From the NCBI RefSeq assembly GCF_001194135.2, contig NC_068982.1, positions 85,052,409 to 85,116,408 on the forward strand: a stretch of 64,000 nt of DNA, written 5' to 3'. The notes beneath the pieces were generated by a model. That model was not told the origin of the DNA. It did no database searches and saw nothing but the letters and a program-made list of their open reading frames with translations. Source of the stretch: Octopus bimaculoides. Taxonomy: Eukaryota. Of the stretch, positions 1 to 12,759 are shown piece after piece. Position numbers and translations under genes: made by a program. Numbering within the stretch: position 1 is the first letter of the stretch; the number at the start of each line of letters is the position of its first letter.

Positions 1-112
1 AATTGATGTTATTGTAGACAATCCATTATTCATCACCAGTGATGATTCATTAAATGCTTTTTGGCACTGTTAACATTTTTACCATGTGTGTATGTGCCAG
101 TGCATGTATTCA

Positions 113-420
113 TATGTATCATCATCATCATCATCACCATGCTGGCATGGGTTGGACAGTCTGACCAGAGCTGGCAAGCTGCACCAGACTCCAGTCTGAT
201 TTGGCATGATTTCTACAGCTGGATGCCCTTTCTAACACCAACCACTTTACAGAGTGTGCTGAGTGCTTTTATGTGGAACTGCATGGGCACTTTTACATGG
301 TGCCACACAGACACTTTTATGTGGCACTGTACAGATGCATGAGCACTTTTACATGGCACCACACAGGCACTTTTACATGGCATCAGCACGAGTGCTTTTC
401 ATTACCAGAAGGACCAGTCT
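113..420 (-). mobile_element. RTE-type LINE/SINE 3' tail with (CAT)n end and short internal minisatellite
   Basis: Reverse complement of the ...gtggttgg...agaagggcatccagctgtagaa...catgccagc tail seen many times in the window, with imperfect gcacttttacatgg repeats. Confidence 0.7.
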
Positions 421-529
421 TAAACACTTCTGCTGTGAAGTACAGGGAAGTACATGTGTATGTGTGTGTGTGTGTGTATATGTGTATACCCAATAATTCC
501 AGCTGCATTTTGGCTCTATTAACATTTTT

Positions 530-765
530 ACTAGACTTTGCAAAGAAAAGCAGAGACAGCTCAAGGAACGTCAGCAAAATCCTAGATGAGCTCATCTTCG
601 TCGGAGTCCTCTTTGCTGCTCTTAGTGTAATCGGACATGTGCCTCCAGAATTGGCCTTTTCAACCATGAGAGGGCCTGCCAACACCATCAAGACAACCCC
701 TAAGGATCAAAGATGATTTCATCATCTGTCAAGATGGACTGCCTTAAGCAGTAAGTAAACAACAC
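530..765 (+). mobile_element. RTE/BovB-like LINE 3' end (C-terminal Zn-finger, decayed)
   Basis: A plus frame reads KEKQRQLKERQQNPR*...CS*CNRTCASRIGLFNHERAC, the RTE C-terminal CxxC...SRIGL..H motif, followed by a short 3' UTR ending agtaagtaa. Confidence 0.75.
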
Positions 766-767
766 TA

Positions 768-2478
768 ATTTCAAGAAACCAGCTAACCAACCACCAAATC
801 ACTTATCAATCTGGTGGGCACATGAGTCAGGTAGACTACATTCTCACCCAAAACAGGGATAGGCAGGTGCTTGTAAATGTGAAGTCCTATCCTAGTGAGG
901 AATGCATAACTTGTCATAGATTAATGTCTTCAGATTTATGGTTAGATGGACTAAGTTTGAAAAAGAAGGTATGGAAGTTTAAGGACCCATTGAATAGTCA
1001 GAGATTTAAAAATATTTTAATTAAATCACGTGATGAGAAGTGGGACGAGATAGTGACATGTAACATAGATGACCACTGAAACTTCTTACTGTACAACCTA
1101 CTGAAGGCTATAGACCAAATCCATGGCTGGGCAGTATTTCAACCAAACCAAGGATGAAACGGTGGTAGAACAATGTGGTAGACAGGGCCATAAAATCAAA
1201 AAGATGGGCTTAGAAAGACACAGAAAATGGAGGCAGCAAAGAGCTATATCAGATAGCAAGAAGGGAATCTCGGCAAAAAGTTTATTTAGCAAAGGCTGAA
1301 GCAGGAAAAAAGAGGTTTTCCAATGTCTTACAGTGTGAGGATCAGAGACATGAGGTGTTTTGGATTGCTAGCCAAAATGTTATGGGTGAGATGTGTGTAG
1401 ATGGATAATGGCATGCTGAAAAGAAAGAGACGGGGAAATTCTAAAATGAAAGATTATTAAATGTAGAGAATACATGAGAGAGATGGAGTCTTCCCAATAT
1501 AAATCCAGCAGAGGGACCAGTTATCCTATCAGAAGCAGTATGATAAATAAGACAATTATAGATATGAAGACAAGAGTTACTGCTGAGATGCTTAAAATAT
1601 TTGTTACAGTAAGATATAGTCCAGCCATCCATATAGTTAACCAGGTTATTCAGGAAGGTGCCATGCCCAATGACTGGTGTAGCAGTATTAGAGTCAGCTG
1701 TTATAAGAGTAAAGGAGATCCCTTAGATAGAAGTAACTGCAGAGATATCAAATTGTTGGACCAAGTCTGAAGAAAGCCTTTCACAGAGGCCCTCACTCTA
1801 GGGTAGAGAAATGGTTTACAACAGCCATTCAAACCATGTACAGGAGTACTGTCAGTAAGGTAAGAGTAAGCCACGAGTACAGTGACAAATTTAGTGTACA
1901 AATAGGCATTCACAGGGCTCAATATTTGGTCTTCTCCTTTTCATCATTGTTCTCCAGGCCATAGAAAATTTAAGACCAGCTACTTCATGGGAACTATAAT
2001 ATGCTGATTATCCCATTCCCATAACAGAATCTGTAACAGAATTAGAAAAGAAATTCCAAGTATGGAAGCAAACTGTAGAACCTTTGCCTTAAAGTTAACT
2101 TAGCAAAGACCACAGTGCTAGTAATGAGGAAAACAGACAAGACTCTACTCACTTCAGGTAAATGTAGGTGTGGGCAAAAATTACATATGGTGTACCCAGT
2201 GAAGGCTATGAACACACAAGAGGTACAGTGGAATCAGAGAAAGATTAATGAAGAAAGTATTTGTATATGGAAGATGCACAGGTGGCATAAAAACTAAGGA
2301 TACATGGGAAATTGGTTTTTCTGAAATGCACTAGAGGCTCTGTGGAGGGAGTAGATAGTTTCTGTTACTTAGGCAACCTAATTAGCAGAAGCAGAGGATG
2401 TTCTGAAAATATAATTGCTAGTAAAAGGATAGGATTGAGAAAGTTCAGATAACTATTACCTCTGCTGGAAACAAAAAG

Positions 2479-2509
<31 letters not shown>

Positions 2510-4325
2510 GAAAGGTAGATTGTATGATGTTTGTATATGAACAGCAATGCTATATGGTAGTGAGATGTGGGCTCTGAATGTAGAGGACATGCAAAGACAA
2601 GAGAGGAATAAAGGTAGTATAATCCATTGGATATGCACTGTCAGTGTGAATGGGTGACGTCAAAACGGTAGAGGAGTAGGGGCCGAAACCAGACGTGGTT
2701 CCTCCTGATGATGTCTTCAGCTAACTGGATCCGAATCCACCAAGGGAAGGTATGTCGGAAGAAAGTAATTCAACAACGCGGGTTGATAAACCGTAAGACG
2801 TGTGGCCAGAACCTCCTGGAAAATAACCATAGCGAGGGACATTCCACAGTTGAATTAGAACAGTCACAAACAGTGAAAGAAGACATGCACCCAACACCAG
2901 AGCTGAAGACACCTCCGAAAAGGGGTGGCCCCGCCACGTCAAAACCGGACGTGGTTCCTCCTGATGATGTCTTCAGCTAACTGGATCCTATAAAGGAGCT
3001 GTTGTGGTAGCAGACCACGAAACATGGTTGAAATTCCTCCTTGAGAGAAATGTTAGGCATAAGAGAAATCAGATGGAGTATGCAAGAAAACAACTACACT
3101 GGCTTGGTCATGTGATGTATATGGATAAGGACAAATGTCAGTCACATAAAGTGAATGTAAGTTGTGAAATAAGAAGACTCAAGGAGATATGGGATGAAGT
3201 GGTGAAGGTTGATCTCAAGATGTTAAGCCTCAAGGATCAAGATATTGGTGATTAGCTTCTGCCTGAGAAGACCCATCCAGCACAGCAAAAATGATATCCT
3301 GAAACAACTTGGTATGCTTGTATATGTGGGACCCTGCACACCCTCTTCTCTATCCATCATGTCAAGAATCTTCCCCAATTCTCATTGCCTAGCTCCCCTA
3401 TGTATGGTACTACTTGGCTGCTATAATCTCCTGAGAGCAGAATCAGCACATACAACATTTTCTCCCATCTGATGATGCCTCTCCCTCTTCCTAACCTCCC
3501 TGAAATCACTTCTATTTCTCATTTATCATCCCTGCCTATAATATTTCAATGAATCACCTTTATGTAGCTCCAGCTACTGCTCTCTCTCTCTCCTCTACAA
3601 TAATTCAGTTTTAACATCTCTTGGCTATTGCTCTCAATGCCTTCTCATATCTACCATCATGCCCTACTCACCATAGCCTCTTATGTACTTCTATATTACT
3701 CTCTATTCTCCTATGCTTTGCCCATCATTTCACTACTTTCCGATTCCTGAGCCACTCCTGTATCTCTCATCCTACCCCCTCTCCGTATTAGTATTTCCCT
3801 ACATCTGCACCTTCAACCTTATTCATTACTCATGACATTCACTGCTACCCCCATATTTAACCATTTTTTACTCCCTCACTCACACTCTTATGAAAGTATC
3901 CACTCTCTTCTCTCCTCCCATGACTCATTGTCCATATTCTTTCTTATGCACATCTTCTTGTACCTTGAGAGCTTGCTCTGGCACTCCATCACCACCTTCC
4001 CTTGTCTCTTTTCAACAACTCCCATCCATCACTATACATAATGTGGGGTGGCCATGTATCTTTTCTATAGTAACACACCTATGCTTGTCCTTCTATTATA
4101 TTTTAGCCTTTTGATATCTGACAAAAGCCACAAATACTCCCTACTTAGTAATGGGAGCTTTTTCCTTTTCCCTGTTCTTTTCTGTCTTGCAACTTACTCA
4201 GCAAACTCAATAGTGCTGGTAGCACAAAGAGAAAAAGCACTCAGTACACTCTGTAAAGTGGTTGGCATTGGGAAGGGCATCCAGCTGTAGAACCATGCCA
4301 AAGCTGACAATGGAGCATGATGTGA
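768..4325 (+). mobile_element. Decayed 5'-truncated RTE-clade LINE (APE end, RT, long CT-rich 3' UTR)
   Basis: SQVDYILTQNRDRQVLVNVKSYPSEECITCHRL (APE end), VNQVIQEGAMPNDW...YKSKGDPLDRSNCRDIKLLDQV (RT) and LHWLGHVMYM; ends in the ggcatccagctgtagaa tail. Many frameshifts. Confidence 0.9.
2651..3040. repeat. GC-richer insertion in the RTE LINE with a ~49-bp direct repeat and strong hairpins
   Basis: RTE homology breaks after gtcagtgtgaatg and resumes at ttgagagaaatg. The sequence c(g/a)aaacc(a/g)gacgtggttcctcctgatgatgtcttcagctaactggatcc occurs at ~2684 and ~2940. Confidence 0.75.
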
Positions 4326-7290
4326 TGGGTAGTGATATCATGCTAATTCACACAGATACATGGAGGAAAATAGGAAAACCTAGATTAAAGGAAACTTCAA
4401 AAATTGCATGAGATGTTTCAGGAAAAAAATTGCATGTTATGGGCAAAATAATAAATGATGTTACATTTTGTGGAAAAACTTTGAAGGCCAAAGTTTTTGT
4501 GCTGAAAAATACAAACAGACGGGATGGAATTATTTAACTTATGGGACCTCCACATAAATATTTTTTGTGAAAATGTGAATGGTTCTTCCACCAGTACAAA
4601 TAAGATGTCAGAGGATTTAAAAAAAGAATTTTAAAACATTTTCCCTGAAGTTTTTTTCTGATGAATTGGGTCTTTGCACCAAAACAGAGGTGAAGTTTCA
4701 AGTGAAAGAAAATGCTATACCAGCATTTAAACCAAAACGAATTGTATCTTTCACAGCACTGAAACAAGTCAATGAAGAAATTGGATAGACTTGAAAAGCT
4801 TGGCATTATTGAAAAAATTGATTGCACAAAATGGGCATACCCAACAGTTTATGTCAAGAAAAAGTAATAAAATCCAAGCATGTGCTAATTTTTCAACAGG
4901 TTTAAACAAATGCTTGATGCCATATAATTACCTGTTACCAAGTCTGGAGGAAATTTTCGTGAAGTTGAATGGAGGAAAATTTTTTTCAAAGTTGGACCTA
5001 TCTGAAGCAAACTTGTAGGTAAAAGTTGCTGAGGAATGTTCAAAGTTATTAACAATAAATATCCATACAAGCTTGTATAAATTTAATCAACTTCCTTATG
5101 GTATAAAGGTAACACCTGGCATTTTGTAACAAGTTATGAACACTATGCTTGCAGGTTTGGATTTCGCTATAACTTATCTTGACAACAAACCCATAAAAAG
5201 TGAATCTCGGGATCAGCATGATGAACATGTTAAAAAAAGGTCTTCAAAAAAATAAAAGATTATGGGTTTAGGCTCAGCGACAAAAAGTGTGAATTTTTTT
5301 ATGCCAAGAATAAAATGTCTAGGGCAGATCATCGATGAAAATGGACACAGACGAGACTCATCTAGGGTAAGTACAATAAAAAATATGCCTCCTCTGACGA
5401 ACATTACAATGTTACAAGCATTTTTGGGGCTCACAAATTACTACATACCGAATATGCATGATTTAAGAGCACTCCTGAATAACTTGTTAAAAAAAGACGT
5501 GAAGTGGAACTGGATGGACAAATGCCAAAAAGCATATGAAGAAATTAAAAATGTCTTAATGTTGGAATTGTCATTATCACATTTTAAGCTGAATTTATAA
5601 ATAGTAGTGGCATCAGATGCTAGTGAAAGTGGTATTGGAGCTGTGATTTTATACAAATATGAAGGTGGTAGTGTGAAAGCAGTAGCTCATGCTTCCCGTT
5701 CATTACTGCCGGCTGAGAAAAGTTACAGCCAAATAGAAAAAGGAGCATTAGCCATCATATTTGAGTAAAAAAATTCTATAAATTTATACATGGAAGAAGG
5801 TTCCATTTGCAGACAGACCACCATTCATCATTGGCGATCTATGGATCAAAAAAGGTTATCCCCACAGATACAGCCAACAGATTGCAACGCTGGGGAACGA
5901 TCCTACTAAATTATGACTTCAAAATGGAGTATTTGCCATCTAAAAAAAAATGGGACATGCAAATGGTTTGTCAAGGTTAATACCAAAACACAGCAAGGCA
6001 CAGTGATAGTGGTGTTAAGAGCCAAAAATTAAAAAAAATATATATTGTGGAACTTTGTGCATGAATTTCCTGTGATATTGGAGGAAATAAAAATTAAGGC
6101 GGAGACAGATGAGTTTATCATAAAAATGAAAAAATTAGTGAGATCAGAAGAAACAATTTTAAAAATACATATGGCTGGATGTAACACAGTTTCAAATTTG
6201 CATTCAATATGTGATAATGTGCTTATGTATGCACAGAGGGTCAATCAAATGTTAAAGGAATTCCACACTGGACATCCAGGAATTTCTGGGATAAAGTCGC
6301 TTATGAGGAGTTATGTTTACTGGCTGAAAATGGATCTAGATATTGAGAAGTTGGTAAAATCCTGCAGAGGTTGTGCTCTTGCAGCAAAATCACCACCTAT
6401 AAAATTTCAACCTTGGCCCAAGACCAATATTCCATTGACCAGGCTACACATAGACTTCACAGGACCATTAAACTGATCATATTATCTAATAGTGGTAGAT
6501 AGCTTTACAAAATGGCCAGAAATGTGTAAATGTAGAAACCCAACCTCCAGAGTAACAGTGTTAGGTATGGTGTCCTGGATACCATAGTCTCTGATAATGG
6601 TACACAATTTACGGCAAATGAATTTAAGAATTTTTGCAAGATGTATTCACTTGAACATATCACTACTCTTCCGTATCATCCAAGATTGAACAGACAAGCT
6701 GAACACTTTGTGGACATGTTCAAAAGGGCACTAAAGGAATCCAGAAATGCATTAGTGGATGATGTAGCATTGACACAATTCCTAAGAGTTTACCATGTAA
6801 TGCCAAACACTAATACCTTTTAAGTTAAGTTGAACTGATGTTCGCAAGAAAAGTTAAGTCAGTTTTTAACAAGTTATTGATGGGAAGAAAAATAAAAACT
6901 AGGGAAAACATTCAAAATACGACCAAGTATTTTAAAACTGGTTATAAGATGTTTTTCAGAGCGTACAGAAATGGAAAAGAAGGTTGGGAAGACAGCAAAA
7001 TAATAAAACATGTTGGTAAAATGATGTACATGGTAAAAGGTTCAAAATGGGAACATAAAAGACACATAAATCAGCTGAAAAAGTTTGCTGAAGAAGAAGG
7101 GGTTACGAGGAAAGAACTACTCATGGAAGCTATCTACAATATTTTTGATGTGCCGTCTATACAAGAAATCGTCGAATCAAGGCATAACAGTACAAGAAAA
7201 AGAAAACAGATGGAATTGTTGGAGGTAGTTCCAAAACAAAAAAAAATATTGAGTTTCAAATGGAAGTAAATCTCAAAAAGGAAGACGTGG
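4326..7290 (+). mobile_element. Decayed Ty3/Gypsy LTR retrotransposon pol (protease remnant, RT, RNase H, integrase)
   Basis: GSDIMLIHTDTWRKIGKP (protease), LPSLEEIFVKLNGGKFFSKLDLS (RT), VVASDASESGIGAV (RNase H), EFHTGHPGISGIKSLMRSYVYW and RLHIDFTGP (integrase), TTLPYHPRLNRQAE. Multiple stops and frameshifts. Confidence 0.95.
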
Positions 7291-7555
7291 TGTAGAAAAA
7301 AAAAATTCACTTCCAACAGAAGTCAATCACAAAAGGTGAGATGCATTAACACACCTGTGTGGTTAAAAGATGGACTTGTCAGATTGTTATATTGTTGATG
7401 ACGCCAGAGGGCATTTTTGGAGTAAAAGAAAAATAAAAAGTACGTCTTGTGAAGACATTGACATTTACCTCCACTTCATTAAATTATATATCCAAACGTT
7501 TTAAGGATATAAAACCCCAATACTAATTTTGCCATGCTTTTGTACATTTTGTACA
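7291..7555 (+). repeat. Probable 3' LTR of the Gypsy element
   Basis: The purine-rich tract aaaaaggaagacgtgg is followed by TG directly after the pol end. No partner 5' LTR is present, so the right boundary is uncertain. Confidence 0.45.
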
Positions 7556-8099
7556 TTAATTTACATTTTCTTTTCAATCCATGTCCCACTTACTTCACAG
7601 ATAATACTTTAGCCTTTTGCCTTAGCAGAAAAGCAATTTCCCTGAATGCCCAACATAAGAAAGTGTCACACATTTAATAAATGTTTTCAATGAGAAATAT
7701 CTGTTTTCAATCGATGTTTTCAATGAAATATGTTTGTGACCTTACGAAAAATTATAAATTAATATGTAAGATTTTTTAAATATAAAGTTACAACACAATA
7801 TCCAGCAAAGTATTAATTTAACGTTGATACAAAAAGATAAACTCCAAGCCTCTGATGAATTAAAATAATCTATGTAATGGTTATAACATGTTTGTAGTTG
7901 GTTGGTCCATCCATTCACCATAAAGAGAGAAAGGGAGAGAAATCATGGGTTGGAAGAGGAACAAAGTTGGAGGTAGATATTTAATACAATTCTTCATTAC
8001 AATAATAAACTTTTCTCCCTTGAGGTAAATGCCTATAATAAGTAAACTATATTTAATCAAACATTTTATTCTTTTTCAAAAACATTATTTCAGTACCTA

Positions 8100-10000
8100 C
8101 AAATTACTGTAGTATTAGAAATAAATATTTTAAGTAGCGTATTTTATCAAATGACAGTCAATTGGTGATGATGTTGGCTGTTTCTGAGTTGAAGTGGTGA
8201 ACAGTAGAGAAAGAATAAGAGTTGAAATAAGAATAAGTACTGTCAATGAGATTGTCAGCAAAACCCTAGATCAGGCTTGGATAACAAAAGGACCCAGATT
8301 ATAAATATACATAATTTAAATAGAAAATATTTACATTATACCACAGTTAACTGGTGAAAAAGCAAAACACATATGTTGAGTATGTGCAGTTTATAATGTT
8401 TACTTATATATTTTGAATAATAACTACTCCTACTTCTCATCCTCTTGAAAGAATAAATGATTCTTTATTTTTTAAAATTATCTTTTAATTACAACATCTT
8501 CCAACCAAAAGCTTGATTAATTGTTTTCTGGGTCCCCACATAGTGCATTCCATAGTATTTCTAGAAAAAGATTGTTTTGAAAGTAATGTGGCTTCTTTAC
8601 AGTTTTCCCTTCTAAAGAATTGATATGCTGAAGAATGTGACAAGATAGTTAAATTAGTTTTAAAATTGGATAACAAATCATTTAGACTGTTTTGTAACGT
8701 AACAAATAGGTGATGAACAGCTAGTGGAGTGACATATGTAGGAGAAATATTGGGATCATAAGCTACCTGAGAATCTAATATATTTAATATAACAATAATT
8801 GCAACTTTAATAAAAGGAAACCTTTTTCAAATTTGAAAACCAAGTTCTCCTTTGAATTTCAACCAGTTTTAGTTTTTCTAACACTTTCAAAAAGTTTGCT
8901 TATTAGATGTACTGTCATCTTCTCTCTAAAGTAAACATCATCAATGTTTTTTAATTTCTTTCATCGTTTGGATTAATTTCTAGTAATTCAATTTTCTTCA
9001 GTAATTTATCTTTAATAAAGAAATTCAAAAGATTCTTGTATTCTGATAATGTCATTGAATATAGACAATGTGATTTGTTTAGTACATACTGAAGGAAAAG
9101 TAGTATGCTCTTGATTCAGGGATTGCTTAATGCCTAATGGCACCATTGAATATGTTTACTTCAAATTCACTTTGGAAATAAAGAAGTAAAGCATCAAATT
9201 GTTCAAGTATCACTGTAATAAATTTTTCTTAAGATAGGCATTTTGCTGCAACAATTTCTTGAATAAGTGTACCATTGTTGCTTGCTACTGTACAGAAAAG
9301 TAAGATTTTAACTCTTTTATGAAAGCCTCCAAATATGAAGGCAATATGCTATAGCATGGCTACCAGATAGACAGAGATACCTGATGATAAAAACCAAAAG
9401 CACATTATCTGTCAGTAATTTCTGGAACTTTTGATGCCCACCATAGAACAATTATTGTTTGCAAATCCAATATTTTCTAGAGGAATATTTCTTTCATGTA
9501 AGGTAGATTTGAGAGCATTGTAAAGACCAAGAGCTGCTCCATTTTCAACAACCACAGTATCTAGCAATGCATCTGCAACATCATGCTTATTGAAATTAAA
9601 GTAGCTCACAGCTTCAGCCAAAGTTTGAGTAACTGAAATACCAGTACTTTCATAAATTATAACAGAAAACTTTTGTATCAGACAGATACTTGTTATTACT
9701 AATTTTTGAAGAAAGGTTACTCCATTTTGAATAACATATGAAAGTTTGTTTTTTCAGTAATAATTTTTTAGCAATCTGACTGTCCAGATATTCACCCTTT
9801 CATGCCATCAGATGACCAATGCTTGCAAAGGGAGTGTTATGTTCAGCAAAATAGTTAGTGATAAGCAGTTCCCTTTTGGCTGTTTATTCAATCTCTACTG
9901 ACTTCTTTTACACACTTTATTTTGAAATATCAACACTACATTTAGCTACATCAAATCATTTATTTTGACATAAATTTTGTTGTTTCATTTGCATGAATTC
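8100..10000 (-). mobile_element. Decayed hAT-superfamily transposase
   Basis: KRELLITNYFAEHNTPF..., KFSVIIYESTGISVTQTLAEAVSYF (degenerate DE[ST]TD motif) and LYNALKSTLHERNIPLENIGFANNNCSM. No TIRs identified. Confidence 0.65.
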
Positions 10001-10849
10001 ATTTGCATTTCTAAGCATAATGTTACAGCAGTTAGAGTAGCTAGATTCTTTATAATACTTAATCCTTAAATTCAGGATTCTGTCGTCATTCTTCCTTGAA
10101 TGACTGTGCAGACCATTCCTTCTTTTAGTGGGAGTTTTCATTTCATTTCTCATTATAAAAGATACAAATATTACAATACAAATATAACAAGGTTTTGAAG
10201 ATTGGAAAATTATAACAGCTCATACATGAAAAATACCAATATACAAAACCAAGGTTAGTAGGTGCAAAAAACCGTTTGAAGTATATTTACATACACATAA
10301 ATATGTTTGTGTACACACAACTTAATCTGTGCTATAAAATTATGGCCTATGGAATACATATTTTGTTAAGTACTTTTTACTGTATTTTAAACACTCACAC
10401 TTCAAAAAGAGTTAACATGAATTAATGCACTTCAAAGTGACATTGGAACATAAAGATTTTCAACCAATCAGATCACTATTGCATTTATCAATAGATATTT
10501 AATATTGTATTTACTAAAATACAGAGAACTAAAGACAGAGTGACATCAGAAATTTTGCCATATAGCCCTACTATTTATGTTCTCCATATTCTTCCCTGCT
10601 TTAATCTAGTTATCATATTCACTCTCCTTTCTGTTCTCTCCTCTCACATGTTTAATTTACCTCTCTTTTGTACTCTACTTCTCCCTTCATCTGTCTTTAT
10701 CTATCACTTCCCATTATTATACTTCATCTGTCTCCCTTCCACTCCCAATCTAGCATTTTATGTTGAAAAGTTACAAAATATACAAACACAACAAATTACC
10801 ATCCTGAATATATGAGCTATTTACAAATAGCTGTCTGGCTGAATAATCC

Positions 10850-11277
10850 GTTATATGCAACAGAAGTAGTATTAGATTAACATAGCCATCTGTGTATCAT
10901 ACTTAATGTAAATACATTGAAAAAAGCAAATTTGCCTTGGTATTTATCTGAAGATAATACAACAGTTTTATTCAGCTGGGTGGCTATTTACAGCACCAGT
11001 GATTGTTCGTTCATTGTTTTCCTATATCAGTGTATTAACATGCAGTTGGTTGTAAGTATATGGTACTGAATGTCCAACAAAGCAAAAACGTACATCTAGC
11101 ATTCTCACCAGCTGCTACTAGAATGATTTTCATCTGCCTTTGATATAGAATTTCATGTCCATAAGAGATATCACCCTGGACAAATACTTCAGTAAATTTG
11201 TTTTTCACAATATATTTACATTAAGTATGATACACAGATGGCTATATTAATCTAATATATCTTCTGGTGCATATAAT
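10850..11277. repeat. ~85-bp inverted repeats enclosing ~260 bp (MITE or foldback-like)
   Basis: 10850-10933 (ttatatgcaacagaag...atagccatctgtgtatcatacttaatgtaaata...aaattt) is the reverse complement of 11193-11277 with few mismatches. Confidence 0.8.
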
Positions 11278-11750
11278 ACATATATGCATGCATACATACA
11301 TATATACATGAATGCATGTATATTCACACACCTCTAATTATTGTACAAAATGATAAATTTTTACCTCAAATCCAAAATTATAGCCTTTAATAATTGTTAC
11401 ACAATAAAGGCCAAGTAAATGATTTCTTTCTTTGGTATCCATTTTATTAATCTCAACAAAATACAGCTTCTCTTTCAGTTGCAATAGAGTCGAGGATATG
11501 TTCTGTCTTAGGTGCATAGCTGTAGCCTGAAATCAATACAAAATACAAGATTTCAGCTAAAAAAGAAATGTTAAAACCTTTAACTGTGAATTGTGAGGAG
11601 AATCTTAGGAAATTAATTTTATTAATTATGAAGAGTCTCAAAAACATTTTGATGATGGAGTGTATTAGATCAGATGATTATTTTTGATAATGATGTTTAC
11701 AATAAATCTTTATTTTTTCATAACTGGCATACATGCATGCATACATACAA

Positions 11751-11782
<32 letters not shown>

Positions 11783-11987
11783 TTATTTTATATGTGGGTA
11801 TGTATGTGGGTGTGTAATACAGAAAAATAAAGATAATTTGGTTGTATGTATCTATATATGCGTGCATGTATACAGCTTTATCAAATAAGTGATGACAAAA
11901 AAATTTATCTGATTGTGGTCGAGAAAGGCAAGGGAAATAGGGGAGATAACCCTACAATTATAGTTAAAATTATTTAAATATATCATG

Positions 11988-12270
11988 TACTAGCAGTATA
12001 GCCCAGCTTTGCTCGGGATTAAGTTAAGTTTATTAAGCTAATCAAGCTCTTTATTTCAAACCAAACTAAGTAACATCGACATCAAATTTGAGTGAAATCC
12101 GTTGAAATTGATAAACTTTTGGCTGAAAATGAGTTGCAGACAATTTGATTGGGAAATCCCAAAAGGAATCGGTTTATCGATTTTATTTTTTTCCCATTTT
12201 TGGAGAACTTAAAGCATTCAAAGATCCCATGAGTCCTAATTAATGCTGGCATCAAGTTTGAACAAAATAC
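11988..12270 (+). mobile_element. Non-autonomous Helitron-like fragment (truncated by gap)
   Basis: Begins actagcagtatagcccagctttgctcggg, an ACTAG...CCC(G/A)GC..TGC.CGGG terminus typical of Lep1-like Helitron derivatives. Confidence 0.45.
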
Positions 12271-12280
12271 NNNNNNNNNN

Positions 12281-12740
12281 CCCTTAAAGTTTGTTGTCAC
12301 TGTCCTGTCTTGTTTTTACTGCCTTGTTCTCACTGTCCTGTTCTTGTTTACACTTTCACCCTCCGCAAAAATTCCCAAATTTTAATAAATTTGCTTGCGG
12401 GAAGGACTGCTCCAACGAAGTCGCGTATTGTCCTTGCCTTCGAAACGCGGAGTAGATGAAACAGGGACAACTGAAGATGGGTAATATTCTTTATGTTGCA
12501 TGTCTCATTTCTCTGTTTGTTGTTTTTCGTTGTTCGAAAAAAAGTTCGTTTTCTGTCCCCGTCTTTTGTTTTCGTTTCTCATCGTGTTTAACGTTTTTTG
12601 TGATGTCCTGTACCCACATATGCTTGTATGTATACATATAGATGTCGGTATGTACATATATGTATGGATATATGCATATAATTATATATTATTTATGTTA
12701 TTATATGATCGAACGCCACGCATTGCCTCCAAGTAAGTTA
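12281..12740 (+). repeat. Interspersed repeat with hammerhead-like motifs, probably a Penelope-like terminal repeat
   Basis: CpG-rich segment containing cgaaacgcg and ggacaactgaaga, followed by a T-rich tract and tatg microsatellite. Confidence 0.45.
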
Positions 12741-12759
12741 TCTTCTATATAAATATATA

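Noticed and set aside
1-66. Possible minus-strand exon (ttaacag|CQKAFNESSLVMNNGLSTITSI) as the next MAP3K4 exon
   Set aside because: Weak pyrimidine tract, no similarity to the expected downstream MAP3K4 sequence, and truncated by the window edge.
260-410. Short repeats with variable spacers (also 49290-49430 and 54900-55000) resembling CRISPR arrays
   Set aside because: Imperfect minisatellites inside RTE/SINE tails of a eukaryote; spacers are related to each other and no cas genes are present.
273-716. ORFs 273..716 (+) and 383..691 (-) as host genes
   Set aside because: They span a SINE tail and a TG microsatellite. The real signal is a stop-containing RTE Zn-finger in another frame.
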